From a virus (Duplodnaviria > Caudoviricetes): a stretch of DNA of 39,860 nucleotides. Position numbers and translations under genes: made by a program. This document shows positions 9,155-18,349 of the stretch, piece after piece. The stretch lies in IMG/VR virus record IMGVR_UViG_3300033407_000053, positions 1-39,860 of that record; one strand, given 5' to 3'. How positions within the stretch are numbered: the stretch's first letter is position 1; each line of letters starts with the position of its first letter. A model generated the notes under the pieces. The model searched no databases and was not told the origin of the DNA. It saw only the letters and a program-made list of their open reading frames with translations.

Positions 9155-10173
9155 GTTGGGTAGCAGCAGCGGTCGTAGGGGGGGCGGTCATCGGCGGGGT
9201 TGCGTCGAATGCGGCAGCGAAGACGCAATCGAAATCGGCCAAGGACGCGGCGAATATTTCCGCTAGCTCGGCGGCGAACGATCTGGCATTGCAGCGGCAG
9301 ATGTACGACCAGACGCGCGAGGACCAGACGCCGTGGCGCGACACCGGCGCGGGAGCGCTCAACCAGCTTGCTGCGCTTACAGGCGTCGGGCCGGGGTTTG
9401 CAACGGGCAAATATGAGCGTGCGCCGGTGACGGCCGCAAACTTCGACGCAGAGGCGTACCTGCGCGCAAATCCGGACGTTGCTGCGCATCCTGTGTTCGG
9501 GCAAGACCCGTACTTGCACTACACCCGGCACGGCATCAACGAAAATCGTCGCCAGGAACTGCCGACCTTCGACAAAGCAGGCGGCGAAGGCGCCCCCGGT
9601 GCGTACGGGTCGCTGATCGATCCCTTTGGGATGTCCGACTTCGAGGCCGACCCCGGCTATGCGTTCCGCCAGTCCGAAGGAAACAAGATGCTGGAGCGCT
9701 CCGCAGCGGCGCGCGGCGGGCTGCTCTCAGGTTCGGCGATCAAGGCGGGACAGCGCTTCGGGCAGGATCTCGCCTCGCAGGAATACGGCAACGCGTACAA
9801 CCGGTTCCAGAGCAACCAGAACAACCAGTTCAACCGGCTGGCCTCGCTCGCCGGGGTCGGTCAGACCGCCAACAACGCGTTGCAGCAGGCCGGCAGCCAG
9901 TTTGCCAACGCAGCGACCGGCATCGGCCAGGCCAACGCAGCGAACCAGGGCAATGCCCTGATGTCCGCCGGCAATGCACGGGCGAGCGGCTACGCCGGCA
10001 TCGGCAACGCCATCAGCGGCGCGGTGCAGGGCTGGCCGCAACAGCAGGCCGGCTATCAGGTGCCGCAGGGCTACAGCATGGGCAGCGGCTACCTCGGGAA
10101 CGCGCTTGCGACCTCTCAAGGCTATCAGCCGCTCAACCACGCGGCCGCAAACGCCGGCTACTACGACAACTGA
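9151..10173 (+). CDS. DNA ejection (pilot) protein, P22 gp7-like
   Basis: Gly/Ala-rich N-terminus; DPGYAFRQSEG, SAAARGGLLSG and LASQEY motifs. Confidence 0.8.
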   Translation: MSWVAAAVVGGAVIGGVASNAAAKTQSKSAKDAANISASSAANDLALQRQMYDQTREDQTPWRDTGAGALNQLAALTGVGPGFATGKYERAPVTAANFDAEAYLRANPDVAAHPVFGQDPYLHYTRHGINENRRQELPTFDKAGGEGAPGAYGSLIDPFGMSDFEADPGYAFRQSEGNKMLERSAAARGGLLSGSAIKAGQRFGQDLASQEYGNAYNRFQSNQNNQFNRLASLAGVGQTANNALQQAGSQFANAATGIGQANAANQGNALMSAGNARASGYAGIGNAISGAVQGWPQQQAGYQVPQGYSMGSGYLGNALATSQGYQPLNHAAANAGYYDN

Positions 10174-10182
10174 GGGCGCAGC

Positions 10183-11535
10183 ATGGCACTGAACTTTGGG
10201 ATCCTGAACACCGACCTCCCCGCGCAGATCGGCGCCATGCCGGCCAACGCGCTCGCCATGCGTCGTCAGCGCATCGCGCAGGACGAGGACCGCGCATTTC
10301 AGCGCGAAGGCCAGCAGATGCAGAACGCCCTAGCGCGAATGCAGATGCAGCGCGGGCAGCGCGACATGGACGCAGACGAGGCGCTGCGCACCGCGGCGCA
10401 GGGCGGCGGCGAGTGGGGTGAGGTCATTGACCGCGTGCGCGGCGTCGATCCCGTTCGCGCGCTCGACCTGGAAGCGAAGGTCGGGACCGTGCAAGGATCG
10501 AAAGCGGCGGCCAAGGCGGCGGTGACGAAACAGGCGTGGGACAAGCTGGATCGCTACCGTCAGCACGGCCTGCAGAACGTGCAGACGCCGCAGCAATACG
10601 CCTCTTGGCTGCACCAGCAGCACACCGACTCGGAGCTTGCGCCGGTCATGTCGATGCTCCCGCCGCTCGAAGAGTCGCTGCGCACCATCCCGAGCGATCC
10701 GCAGCAGTTCGAGCAGTTCCGGCAGCAGGGCATGCTTGGGATGGAGAAATGGCTGCAGATGAACAAGCCGAGCGACTTCGAGAAGATGACGAAGCTTGCC
10801 GGGCTCACGCCCGAGCAGCAGGCCGCCGCGGCGCGTCAGAAGCTCGTGAAGGAGACCACGCACGCGCCGGCTGCCGTAACCAACGTCAACATGACGCAGG
10901 AAAAGGAAGAGTCGAAGGCGGTCGGGAAGGGGTTCGGCGAGCAGTACAACGACCTGCAGAAATCCGGGCTCGACGCGGGCGGCAAGATCGCACGATTCTC
11001 ACGGCTTGAACAACTGCTGGCCGGCGTCACCACCGGCAAGTTCACCCCGACCACGACGCAGATCGCCGCCGCGGCGGAATCGGTCGGGCTCAACATCGAC
11101 CCGAGCCTACCGGCCAAGCAGGCCGCCGAAGCGCTGTCGAACGAGATCGCCCTGCAACTGCGCAACCCGTCCGGCGGGGCCGGCATGCCGGGCGCGCTCT
11201 CCGACAAGGACCGAGAATTCCTCGTCGGCATGACGCCGGGACTTGCCAAGACCGCGGAAGGCAACCAGATGATCATCGACTCGGCAAAGAAGCTCGCCAA
11301 GCGCGACCAGGACGTCGCCAGGATCGCCCGCGAATACCGCAAGAAGAACGGCACGCTCGACGAGGGGTTTTACGACGAACTGCAGCGCTTCTCGGAGGCT
11401 AACCAGCTGTTTGAGGGCGGGGGGGCGGCGAAGCCTGCCGGGCCGCGCCCGCCCTCGGTCGGTACGGTGCAAAGCGGCTACCGCTTCAATGGCGGCAACC
11501 CAGCCGACCCGAATAGCTGGCAAAAGGTGCAGTGA
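10183..11535 (+). CDS. DNA ejection protein (gp20 position)
   Basis: Gln/Ala-rich helical protein; PGALSDKDREFL motif; synteny. Confidence 0.65.
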   Translation: MALNFGILNTDLPAQIGAMPANALAMRRQRIAQDEDRAFQREGQQMQNALARMQMQRGQRDMDADEALRTAAQGGGEWGEVIDRVRGVDPVRALDLEAKVGTVQGSKAAAKAAVTKQAWDKLDRYRQHGLQNVQTPQQYASWLHQQHTDSELAPVMSMLPPLEESLRTIPSDPQQFEQFRQQGMLGMEKWLQMNKPSDFEKMTKLAGLTPEQQAAAARQKLVKETTHAPAAVTNVNMTQEKEESKAVGKGFGEQYNDLQKSGLDAGGKIARFSRLEQLLAGVTTGKFTPTTTQIAAAAESVGLNIDPSLPAKQAAEALSNEIALQLRNPSGGAGMPGALSDKDREFLVGMTPGLAKTAEGNQMIIDSAKKLAKRDQDVARIAREYRKKNGTLDEGFYDELQRFSEANQLFEGGGAAKPAGPRPPSVGTVQSGYRFNGGNPADPNSWQKVQ

Positions 11536-13157
11536 TGGCGGGCCCGTGGGAGCAATACCAGAACGCGCAGGGCGAGACGATCACCCCGACCGGGGTCGGC
11601 TACATCGGCCCGACTGCCGCGCCGAAGGAGGGGCCGTGGTCGCAGTACGCGAACGAGTTCGACCCGACGCAAGGCATGAGCGGCACCGACAAGTTCCTGG
11701 CGGGGGCGGGGAAATCGTTCTACGACATCGGGCGAGGCGTCGGGCAGATGGCGGGCGTCGTGAGCCGCGAGGACGTCGACGAATCCCGCCGACTCGACGC
11801 GCCCTTGATGCGCACCGGGGCGGGGCGCCTCGGGAACGTGGTCGGTGGGGTGGCCGCCTTTGCCCCGACCGCCTTCATTCCAGGCGCGAATACCGCGGCA
11901 GGTGCGGGGCTCATCGGCGGCGCGATGGGCCTGTCGCAGCCGGTCGGGGCCGACGACAGCCGGGCGATGAATGCCGCGCTGGGTGCCGGGCTTGGCGCCG
12001 CCGGGCAGCAGCTCGGGCAGCGCGGCGGGCAGTACCTGCAAAGCCGGCTCAATGCGCAGCGCGCGCAACTCGCCACGCAGCAAGGGCAGAACGCGACGCG
12101 CGACGCCACGATTTCTGCCGCCAGAGAGGCCGGGTATCTGATCCCGCCGAGCTCGGTCAACCCGACGTTCAAAAATCAGGTTCTCGAGAGCATCAGCGGC
12201 AAGATTGCCACCGCGCAGACGGCGGCCTCGCGAAATCAGCCAGTGACAGAGCGATTGGTGCGTCAGGCGGTCGGGCTCGCCGACGACAAGCCGATCACGT
12301 CGGCAGCAATGAAGGGCATCAGAAAGGATGCGTTCAATGCCGGATACGTCCCGGTCAAAGGCGCCGGCGCAATGCCCGCTGATGCATCGTTTTCGGCGTC
12401 GCTCGATGACGTGGTGAGACAGTACCAAGGGGCCGCAAGATCGTTCCCGGGGGCCGTCTCGGATGACGTGTCGAAGCTGGTGGAAGGGTATCGCGTATCG
12501 CAGTTTGATGCTGGAGACGCGGTCGATGCCGTGCAGATCCTGCGCGACCGAGCATCCTCCGAATTCAATAAGGGCAACAACGAACTCGGCAAGGCGAGCC
12601 GCGCCATTGCGGACGCGCTTGAAGAGCAGATCGAGCGAAACCTGACCGCGGCTGGCGATGACGGGGCGGCGCTGCTACAAGGATTTCGCAACGCGCGCCA
12701 ACTCATGGCGAAGACGCACACGGTCGAAGACGCGATCCGCGAAGGCGCCGGCACGGTCACTGCATCGAACATCGCCAAGGAACTGCAGAAAGGCCGCCCT
12801 CTCACCGGCGAACTGGAAACGATCGGGCGCTTCGCCAACACGTTCCCGCGCGCTGCACAAGCTCCGCAAGCGGTCGCAGGCCCGGCGGTGCACAACCTCA
12901 AGGCGGGACTGTCGACCATCCTGGCCGGCGGCGGCGGCGCGGCATTCGGCCCGCTCGGCATCGCTGCTGGCGCCGTGCCGTTCGTGGCGCCCCCGCTCGC
13001 CCGCGCCGCGCTCTTCTCGCGCGCCTCGCAGAACGCCCTGACGCCGACGTATCAGCCCGGACTCCTCACCCGCTCACTGCCCGCCATGCTAGGCAACGAG
13101 CCGGCTAACGCGCTTTTGCGGCTCGGCCTGCCGTCAATTTATGCGGCGCAGCAATAA
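11535..13157 (+). CDS. DNA ejection protein (gp16 position)
   Basis: Repeated GPWxQY at the N-terminus; Gly/Ala hydrophobic segments; synteny. Confidence 0.65.
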   Translation: MAGPWEQYQNAQGETITPTGVGYIGPTAAPKEGPWSQYANEFDPTQGMSGTDKFLAGAGKSFYDIGRGVGQMAGVVSREDVDESRRLDAPLMRTGAGRLGNVVGGVAAFAPTAFIPGANTAAGAGLIGGAMGLSQPVGADDSRAMNAALGAGLGAAGQQLGQRGGQYLQSRLNAQRAQLATQQGQNATRDATISAAREAGYLIPPSSVNPTFKNQVLESISGKIATAQTAASRNQPVTERLVRQAVGLADDKPITSAAMKGIRKDAFNAGYVPVKGAGAMPADASFSASLDDVVRQYQGAARSFPGAVSDDVSKLVEGYRVSQFDAGDAVDAVQILRDRASSEFNKGNNELGKASRAIADALEEQIERNLTAAGDDGAALLQGFRNARQLMAKTHTVEDAIREGAGTVTASNIAKELQKGRPLTGELETIGRFANTFPRAAQAPQAVAGPAVHNLKAGLSTILAGGGGAAFGPLGIAAGAVPFVAPPLARAALFSRASQNALTPTYQPGLLTRSLPAMLGNEPANALLRLGLPSIYAAQQ

Positions 13158-13280
13158 GCGTTTGATACGCCCCTCGGGAAAGTAGCGCTCGGTAAGCTTG
13201 CGACAAGGGTAGAGCACCAGTGCGGCGAGGACGAGCATCACGAACGGCTTGACGAGTACGGCAATCTGCCACGGTTCCAT
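13134..13280 (-). CDS. Small antisense membrane protein (48 aa), candidate superinfection-exclusion moron
   Basis: Translated manually as MEPWQIAVLVKPFVMLVLAALVLYPCRKLTERYFPEGRIKRLLLRRIN; one TM helix; GGGA RBS and TATACT -10 upstream. Confidence 0.6.
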   Translation of the reverse strand: MEPWQIAVLVKPFVMLVLAALVLYPCRKLTERYFPEGRIKRLLLRRIN

Positions 13281-13313
13281 CTGACGGTCCCATAGAAAAC
13301 AGTCATCCAGTAT

Positions 13314-13335
13314 AGCCGCCCACGGGCGGCTTTTT
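13314..13335 (+). terminator. Intrinsic terminator
   Basis: AGCCGCC-cacg-GGCGGCT followed by TTTT. Confidence 0.7.
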
Positions 13336-13358
13336 CACATCCAGCGCCCGGAGAACCC

Positions 13359-14903
13359 ATGGCCTCACTCATGCCGCAAGGCAAGCAGCAGTATTTCGAC
13401 GCAAACGGCGACCCGCTCTCCGGCGGCAAGCTCAACACCTATGCCGCCGGAACCACCACGCCGCAGGCCACCTATTCCGATCAGGCCGGCACCATCCCGA
13501 ACACGAACCCGATCGTGCTCAACGCCCGCGGCGAGGCCACGATCTACTGGTCTTCGCTGCCGTACAAGGTGACGCTCACCGACTCGGCCGATGTCACGAT
13601 CTACACGCAGGACCAGTTGCACGCCTCGGCCGACCTCGCCGACCTCGCCAGCACCGCCAGCGGCAAGGGGGATGTGCTTGTTGGGGTGAAGAGCACGGCA
13701 GCCGGGTCCATCGCGAGAACACAGCATGACAAAAACGACGAGGCGGTGACACTTGCAGATTTCACAGGTGCTGACAAGACCGGCGTAACTGCGTCAGACG
13801 CGGCCATAACAAGCCTGTTCGCATCAACGAACTCGGGTGAATTCCATCTCGGAAAAGGAACGTGGAAACTGGCAGCGGATTATCTGGTGCCGGCTGTCGA
13901 TTCCGCTGTGTCAATCGACCCGGCGGCGTCCTTTACTGCCGGATTCGAACTCGACTTTAGGAATCATCAGCCGTTTCAGCTCCCGCCCGTGTTCGCGAAC
14001 TACGCATTCCGCAGAGACTACGGCGCCGATTTCGACGCTTACGCAAACTGTTTTTTGGTTTCGGCGCACGCGAAAAATAGCAGCGTCAGCACGACAAAAG
14101 CGGCGGTGGCAATGTACGGGCTCGGGGAAGCTGCGGCGAGCGGCGCGCGGGTCTGGGGCGGCAATCTAACCGGCGTCGTTACGGCCGATGGCGGGACGGC
14201 CATCGGGGTGGAGATTGACGCAGGCATCCGAGGCAGTGCGACGACGGGAAACGCCTATGGTGCAGTGATTGCAGCGGCCGGGAACGCACAGTGCGTGGCG
14301 GCGGTGCAGATTCAGAACAACGATGCGCCAAGCCAATGGATAAACGGGCTAAATCTGATCTGGGATGCATTCCCTGGGTCGGGCTGCCTTACAGGCTCGG
14401 TGCTGCGCTTTGGCGCGACGGGCGGCGGAACGTGTCAATACTTCATCCGTTCTGTCGGCCCGATGAAGGCGTCTATCAACGAAATCGAATTGCCGAGCCT
14501 GACAGTCGGCCCGACCCCTTCGGCGGTCGCAAACAAGCTCCTAATCCGCGCTGGGAATACCGGCGTTGGCGTGGGGCTGCAGGCGACGGGAACGGACGCA
14601 AACGTCACGGCCGAGTTGCAATCCAAGGGCACAGGAATAGTTCGCCTGCTGGCCGGCTCGGACGAGGTATTACGCGCGTCGTCCGGGCCAGGCGTCGATG
14701 CAATGGAGTTTTTCGCCGGCACGGGGGTCGCTCGGATGGGTGCGCGCGGCGCATCTGCTGACGTGGATATTCGGCTGTTGCCGAAGGGCGCAGGGCTGGT
14801 GTCGTTCGGCGCATTTACGGCAAGCGGGGACGTTGCAGTGAACGGCTATATCACGATCAAGGATGCGGCGGGAAATACCCGCAAACTCGCGATCATCGCG
14901 TAA
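13359..14903 (+). CDS. Tailspike / tail fibre with P22-type virion-binding N-terminal domain
   Basis: QYFDANGDPLSGGKLNTYAAGTTTPQATYSD...NPIVLNARGE N-terminus; ART.HDK linker; Gly/Ala beta-rich body. Confidence 0.85.
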   Translation: MASLMPQGKQQYFDANGDPLSGGKLNTYAAGTTTPQATYSDQAGTIPNTNPIVLNARGEATIYWSSLPYKVTLTDSADVTIYTQDQLHASADLADLASTASGKGDVLVGVKSTAAGSIARTQHDKNDEAVTLADFTGADKTGVTASDAAITSLFASTNSGEFHLGKGTWKLAADYLVPAVDSAVSIDPAASFTAGFELDFRNHQPFQLPPVFANYAFRRDYGADFDAYANCFLVSAHAKNSSVSTTKAAVAMYGLGEAAASGARVWGGNLTGVVTADGGTAIGVEIDAGIRGSATTGNAYGAVIAAAGNAQCVAAVQIQNNDAPSQWINGLNLIWDAFPGSGCLTGSVLRFGATGGGTCQYFIRSVGPMKASINEIELPSLTVGPTPSAVANKLLIRAGNTGVGVGLQATGTDANVTAELQSKGTGIVRLLAGSDEVLRASSGPGVDAMEFFAGTGVARMGARGASADVDIRLLPKGAGLVSFGAFTASGDVAVNGYITIKDAAGNTRKLAIIA

Positions 14904-14912
14904 GAGGCAATC

Positions 14913-15068
14913 ATGGTCATCGACAAAAAAGAGCATCAAGCAATCCTGGCCGAACTGGTGAAGCAGGCCAGCTTTCCTGGGCATATGGTGGAAATCGTGT
15001 GCGAACTGAAAGCGGCGATTGCCGAGGCGAGGATCGCGCAAGAGGCAGGCGATCCTGCCCATGCCTGA
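14913..15068 (+). CDS. Small protein after the tailspike (possible fibre chaperone), 51 aa
   Basis: Translated manually as MVIDKKEHQAILAELVKQASFPG...; GAGG RBS. Confidence 0.5.
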   Translation: MVIDKKEHQAILAELVKQASFPGHMVEIVCELKAAIAEARIAQEAGDPAHA

Positions 15069-15390
15069 AAAAGACCCCCTCACCTGGGCCGCCATCTGGC
15101 ACACCCTGCCCGCCACCGTGCAAGCCGCGATCATCGGGGTATGCGTGGCGATGTTGCGCGTGATGTACGACGACCGCGAGCCAAGCATGATTCGCCGCCT
15201 GCTTGAGTGCCTGCTGTGTGGAGCGATCGCGCTGTGTGTCGCGTCGCTCGCGGAAGCGGGTGGGGTCAGCGGGCAGTACGCGACGTTTATCGGGGGGGCG
15301 GTCGGCCTGCTCGGCGCCGATCAGATGCGAATCTGGGCGCGCGCGATTGCACAGCGTCGAGTCGATGACGCGCAGGGGCCGAAACCATGA
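15061..15390 (+). CDS. Holin, lambda S family
   Basis: MPEKDP..W start, three hydrophobic segments, FIGGAVGLLGAD motif. Confidence 0.85.
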   Translation: MPEKDPLTWAAIWHTLPATVQAAIIGVCVAMLRVMYDDREPSMIRRLLECLLCGAIALCVASLAEAGGVSGQYATFIGGAVGLLGADQMRIWARAIAQRRVDDAQGPKP

Positions 15391-15746
15391 TCGTATCGCA
15401 CGACGGCGCAGATGCCATCAGCTACGAACCCGCGGGCGGGACCATTCGGCTGCTTAGTGCCCCGCCCGTCGACGGCGAGGCGAGGCCGGCCTATTTCGGG
15501 GCGGGGCAGGTTCGACCGCTGTGGGGCGGGGTGGCCATGCTCAGCGCGTTCCACGGGCACTTGTCGCGCGCCCACATGCGCCTGATCGTGCGATTGCTGC
15601 TCGATCACGGCTACCGGGTGCTGTACGCCGAGCGGACGGAGGGTCACACGATGCCGTTTGCGACGGAGATCGCCGAGGGCGACTTCAGGGGGCTATTCCG
15701 GATCGAATTGACCGAGGTGCCACACCGGAGGCGCGCGGATGCATGA
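15387..15746 (+). CDS. Hypothetical protein inserted between holin and endolysin
   Basis: 119-aa ORF with ATGA overlap. Confidence 0.6.
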   Translation: MIVSHDGADAISYEPAGGTIRLLSAPPVDGEARPAYFGAGQVRPLWGGVAMLSAFHGHLSRAHMRLIVRLLLDHGYRVLYAERTEGHTMPFATEIAEGDFRGLFRIELTEVPHRRRADA

Positions 15747-15753
15747 GGCCTGG

Positions 15754-16290
15754 ATGCTGCTCGTAACGCCTCAGCAGCTCGCGGCGATCTACGGCTGTCC
15801 GTTCGTGCGCGCGGCGAACTTCGCGCCATACCTCAATGCGGCGATGTCGGAATACGACATTTCCACGCCGGTGCGGATCGCTGCATTCCTGGCGCAAATC
15901 GGCCACGAATCCGGCCGGCTGCGTTACGTACGCGAGATCTGGGGGCCGACCGCGGCACAGCAGCGCTACGAGGGCCGCGCGGATCTCGGCAACACAGAGC
16001 CCGGCGACGGGAAAAAATATATGGGTCGCGGGCTGATCCAGATCACCGGGCGCGCGAATTACCGCAGCGTCACGGATGCGCTCGGCGAGGATTTCGTGAC
16101 TTACCCGTCGCTGCTCGAGTCGCCTAAATGGTCGACGTTGTCCGCTGCATGGTTCTGGGCATCGCGCCAACTGAATGCCCTGGCGGACGCCGGAGATTTT
16201 GACGCAATCACACGCCGGATCAACGGCGGGCAGAACGGCCGAGCGGATCGAGTCGCGCTGCTTGAGTCCGCGCAAGCGGCGATTTCCTAG
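15754..16290 (+). CDS. Endolysin, glycoside hydrolase family 19
   Basis: AFLAQIGHES, LGNTEPGDG..Y.GRGLIQITGR.NY and ITRRINGG motifs. Confidence 0.93.
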   Translation: MLLVTPQQLAAIYGCPFVRAANFAPYLNAAMSEYDISTPVRIAAFLAQIGHESGRLRYVREIWGPTAAQQRYEGRADLGNTEPGDGKKYMGRGLIQITGRANYRSVTDALGEDFVTYPSLLESPKWSTLSAAWFWASRQLNALADAGDFDAITRRINGGQNGRADRVALLESAQAAIS

Positions 16291-16300
16291 GGGGTGACAT

Positions 16301-16693
16301 GTGCCAATCACATACCTACTGGCTGCCGCTGCTGTGGTGGCAGGCCTATCTGGCTGGGGTGGCTACAGCCACGGCATCGATGTGGAGCGAGGCCGTGCTG
16401 CCCTTGCCCTGCAATCGGCGATCTCCGTCGCTCATGACGCTGCACGTCTCGACGCTGAGGCTGAATCCGCGCGCCGGGTTGAGGCAGCCCTACGAAATGC
16501 AGGGCAGGCCGCTGCATCTCGTGCCGCAAAGCTCAGAGGCCAGCTAAATGCCGCTCGCGCCGATGCTCGCCCTGATTGCCGCTGGCCTGATGACCGGGTG
16601 CGCGACATCGCCGCAAGCATTGATGCTGCAAACGCCGGCGCAGCGGCCGACGGAATGCCTGACCCCTTGCCCGATGCTGCCGAGCCTCACTGA
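16301..16693 (+). CDS. Rz-like inner-membrane spanin
   Basis: N-terminal TM segment, Ala-rich coiled coil, Cys near the C-terminus; follows the endolysin. Confidence 0.7.
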   Translation: MPITYLLAAAAVVAGLSGWGGYSHGIDVERGRAALALQSAISVAHDAARLDAEAESARRVEAALRNAGQAAASRAAKLRGQLNAARADARPDCRWPDDRVRDIAASIDAANAGAAADGMPDPLPDAAEPH

Positions 16694-16790
16694 TGGCGAC
16701 GAGATCGCCGTCGTGGTCTGGACGCACGACATGATCGAGACCGCCGGGCAATGCCGGCGCATGCACGAGGCGTGCAGGGGCTCGCGCTGA
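16548..16790 (+). CDS. Rz1-like outer-membrane lipoprotein spanin (overlapping frame)
   Basis: Signal peptide with lipobox LMTG-C; Pro/Cys-rich mature part; overlaps the Rz 3' end. Confidence 0.75.
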   Translation: MPLAPMLALIAAGLMTGCATSPQALMLQTPAQRPTECLTPCPMLPSLTDGDEIAVVVWTHDMIETAGQCRRMHEACRGSR

Positions 16791-16795
16791 GCGGA

Positions 16796-16981
16796 TTACG
16801 CGTTGACCGGATCACTCGCCCCGTCGATCCGATCCCGCACCCATGCAGCCCCGCCGAGCTGCGCCAGTTTCAGTCGCTGGGCGGGCGTCATCCGCAGGGA
16901 TACGGTGACGGTCTCCTGGCCGACTTGCACCGGCTTGCGGCCCTGTCCTCTGCCTGGGCCGCCGCGCTTGGTTTCGGTCAC
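16796..16981 (-). CDS. Small DNA-binding protein (RGGxGRGQGRK plus ribbon-helix-helix-like)
   Basis: KRGGPGRGQGRKP..TVTVSLRMT..Q...L..LGG..WVR pattern; GTGA overlap with the upstream gene. Confidence 0.65.
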   Translation of the reverse strand: MTETKRGGPGRGQGRKPVQVGQETVTVSLRMTPAQRLKLAQLGGAAWVRDRIDGASDPVNA

Positions 16982-17253
16982 CACGAAAGCCGGTTCCAAA
17001 CCCACGCCCTATGCTGATCGGCCTCCTCTTCGTCACAGCCAAAAACCTCGGATATCGCAGATACGATCGCATCTTCAGCGGCGTTCGTCATGCTTTTGTT
17101 GGAGTTGTATTTGTTGGTCCAATCGAACAGCTTCGGGTCGCACTTCCGAACAGCTAAGCGAACACGCTCCGCCCGCTCGATTTCTTCAATGGTTTCCAGT
17201 TTTTCGATCAGTGCCGTAATGGCGTCGCGGATTACGTGGTAGTTGGTTCTCAT
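16978..17253 (-). CDS. Hypothetical moron protein (91 aa)
   Basis: AGGGG RBS, its own promoter, lower GC than the flanks. Confidence 0.7.
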   Translation of the reverse strand: MRTNYHVIRDAITALIEKLETIEEIERAERVRLAVRKCDPKLFDWTNKYNSNKSMTNAAEDAIVSAISEVFGCDEEEADQHRAWVWNRLSW

Positions 17254-17288
17254 CTCGTTCCCCTTGTCTGTTTGCTTACTGTGATTAT

Positions 17289-17340
17289 ATTGTAGTGCGG
17301 AAACAAACAGGATGCAAGGATTATTTGTAGTGCGGAAACA
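17289..17340 (-). promoter_or_regulatory. Sigma70 promoter (TTGCAT-N17-TACAAT) with two identical 16-bp operator-like repeats
   Basis: -35 at 17312-17317 and -10 at 17289-17294 on the minus strand; TTGTAGTGCGGAAACA at 17290-17305 and 17325-17340. Confidence 0.75.
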
Positions 17341-18312
17341 TCAATCCAGCTTGTCCGCAAGGTCGCCCATGTCAGGGCTGAAATAAGTATTCAGCAGGAT
17401 CGACAGGTCCCGGTGCCCGCTCATCTTCGCGAGCTCGAGCACGGGCAGCTTTTTCGACAGCCGGGTAAGCGCCTCGCGCCGAAGGTCATGGAATCGCAGC
17501 CCTTCGACCGCCGCTTTCGTGCGGGCTTTCGCCCACAGCGCGGACGTCGACGCGGCCGACACGTCGAAGCATCCGGCAGGCAGCTGATGGATGATGCGGA
17601 TCGCCTCGCGGGACAGTGGCACGTCGCGTGCGTGCCCGTTCTTCGATTCCGCGATGTGCGCCACCCGTCGATCCAGGTCGATCGTCTGCGGAGTAAGACC
17701 GCAAATCTCGCTCGCGCGCATCGCCGTCTCGACCGCGAACAGGGCCGCGGCCGCCACGCGCGAATTGACGGTCGTCAGCGGCCCGTCGTGATACCCGAGG
17801 ACGTGCAACATGGCTTCCATCTCGTCGCCCTCTGGACGCCGTTTGCGGGCCTTGCCGCCGTCCGGGCGCTTCACCCTGGTGAATGGGTTATCCCGCAGCC
17901 AATGCCATTCCCGGATCGACACATTGCAGGCATGGGACAGTGTGACCCATTCGCGCGCAACGGACGCAGAACTGACTTCCTGCAGGCGCTTGTCCCGCCA
18001 CGCCGCGACTGATCGTTCATCGAAGTCCGGCAGCAGCACCCGGGCGATGCCTGACCGCTTGATCCGGTTGATCCGCATCGCCTCGGGGCGGGCGCCTTTC
18101 TTCGTCGGGGTGATCTCGCGCGCGTAGCGGTCCAAGAGGTCGGCGAACGGAATGTTCGGGATCTCGCCGCGGCGCTCGGCGTTGAGGTTCGCTTCGAACT
18201 GAGCCGCCCATGCTTGCGCAGCGCGCTTCGTCAGGAACGATTCCGATCGGTCAATGCCGGCCTTGCGGACGCGTGCCCGCCATACGCTTTTGCGCCTCTC
18301 GATGACTGCCAT
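17341..18312 (-). CDS. int: Tyrosine recombinase / phage integrase
   Basis: Catalytic set TAMRASE (R), SKNG (K), HDLR, SGH and NTY; N-terminal arm-binding-type region WRARVRKAG; likely start MAVIERR. Confidence 0.92.
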   Translation of the reverse strand: MAVIERRKSVWRARVRKAGIDRSESFLTKRAAQAWAAQFEANLNAERRGEIPNIPFADLLDRYAREITPTKKGARPEAMRINRIKRSGIARVLLPDFDERSVAAWRDKRLQEVSSASVAREWVTLSHACNVSIREWHWLRDNPFTRVKRPDGGKARKRRPEGDEMEAMLHVLGYHDGPLTTVNSRVAAAALFAVETAMRASEICGLTPQTIDLDRRVAHIAESKNGHARDVPLSREAIRIIHQLPAGCFDVSAASTSALWAKARTKAAVEGLRFHDLRREALTRLSKKLPVLELAKMSGHRDLSILLNTYFSPDMGDLADKLD

Positions 18313-18328
18313 CTTCAGCCCCTCACCC

Positions 18329-18349
18329 GGCTTGCTTTGGTCGTTATGC
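18329..18349 (+). mobile_element. Right half (L'-R') of a degenerate attC-like site; core of cassette 1
   Basis: GGCTTGCTTTGGTC-GTTATGC; GTTATGC is the exact reverse complement of GCATAAC at 18630. Confidence 0.6.

Noticed and set aside
17290-17340. CRISPR mini-array or attP next to the int 3' end
   Set aside because: Only two 16-bp repeats with a 19-bp gap, overlapping a promoter; a better attP exists at 19114-19343.
17341-18312. Integron integrase (IntI) or shufflon Rci acting on local sites
   Set aside because: No IntI-type insertion is evident before the HxxR box, the N-terminus is of phage arm-binding type, and no inverted sfx-like repeats or alternative tail-fibre ends were seen.
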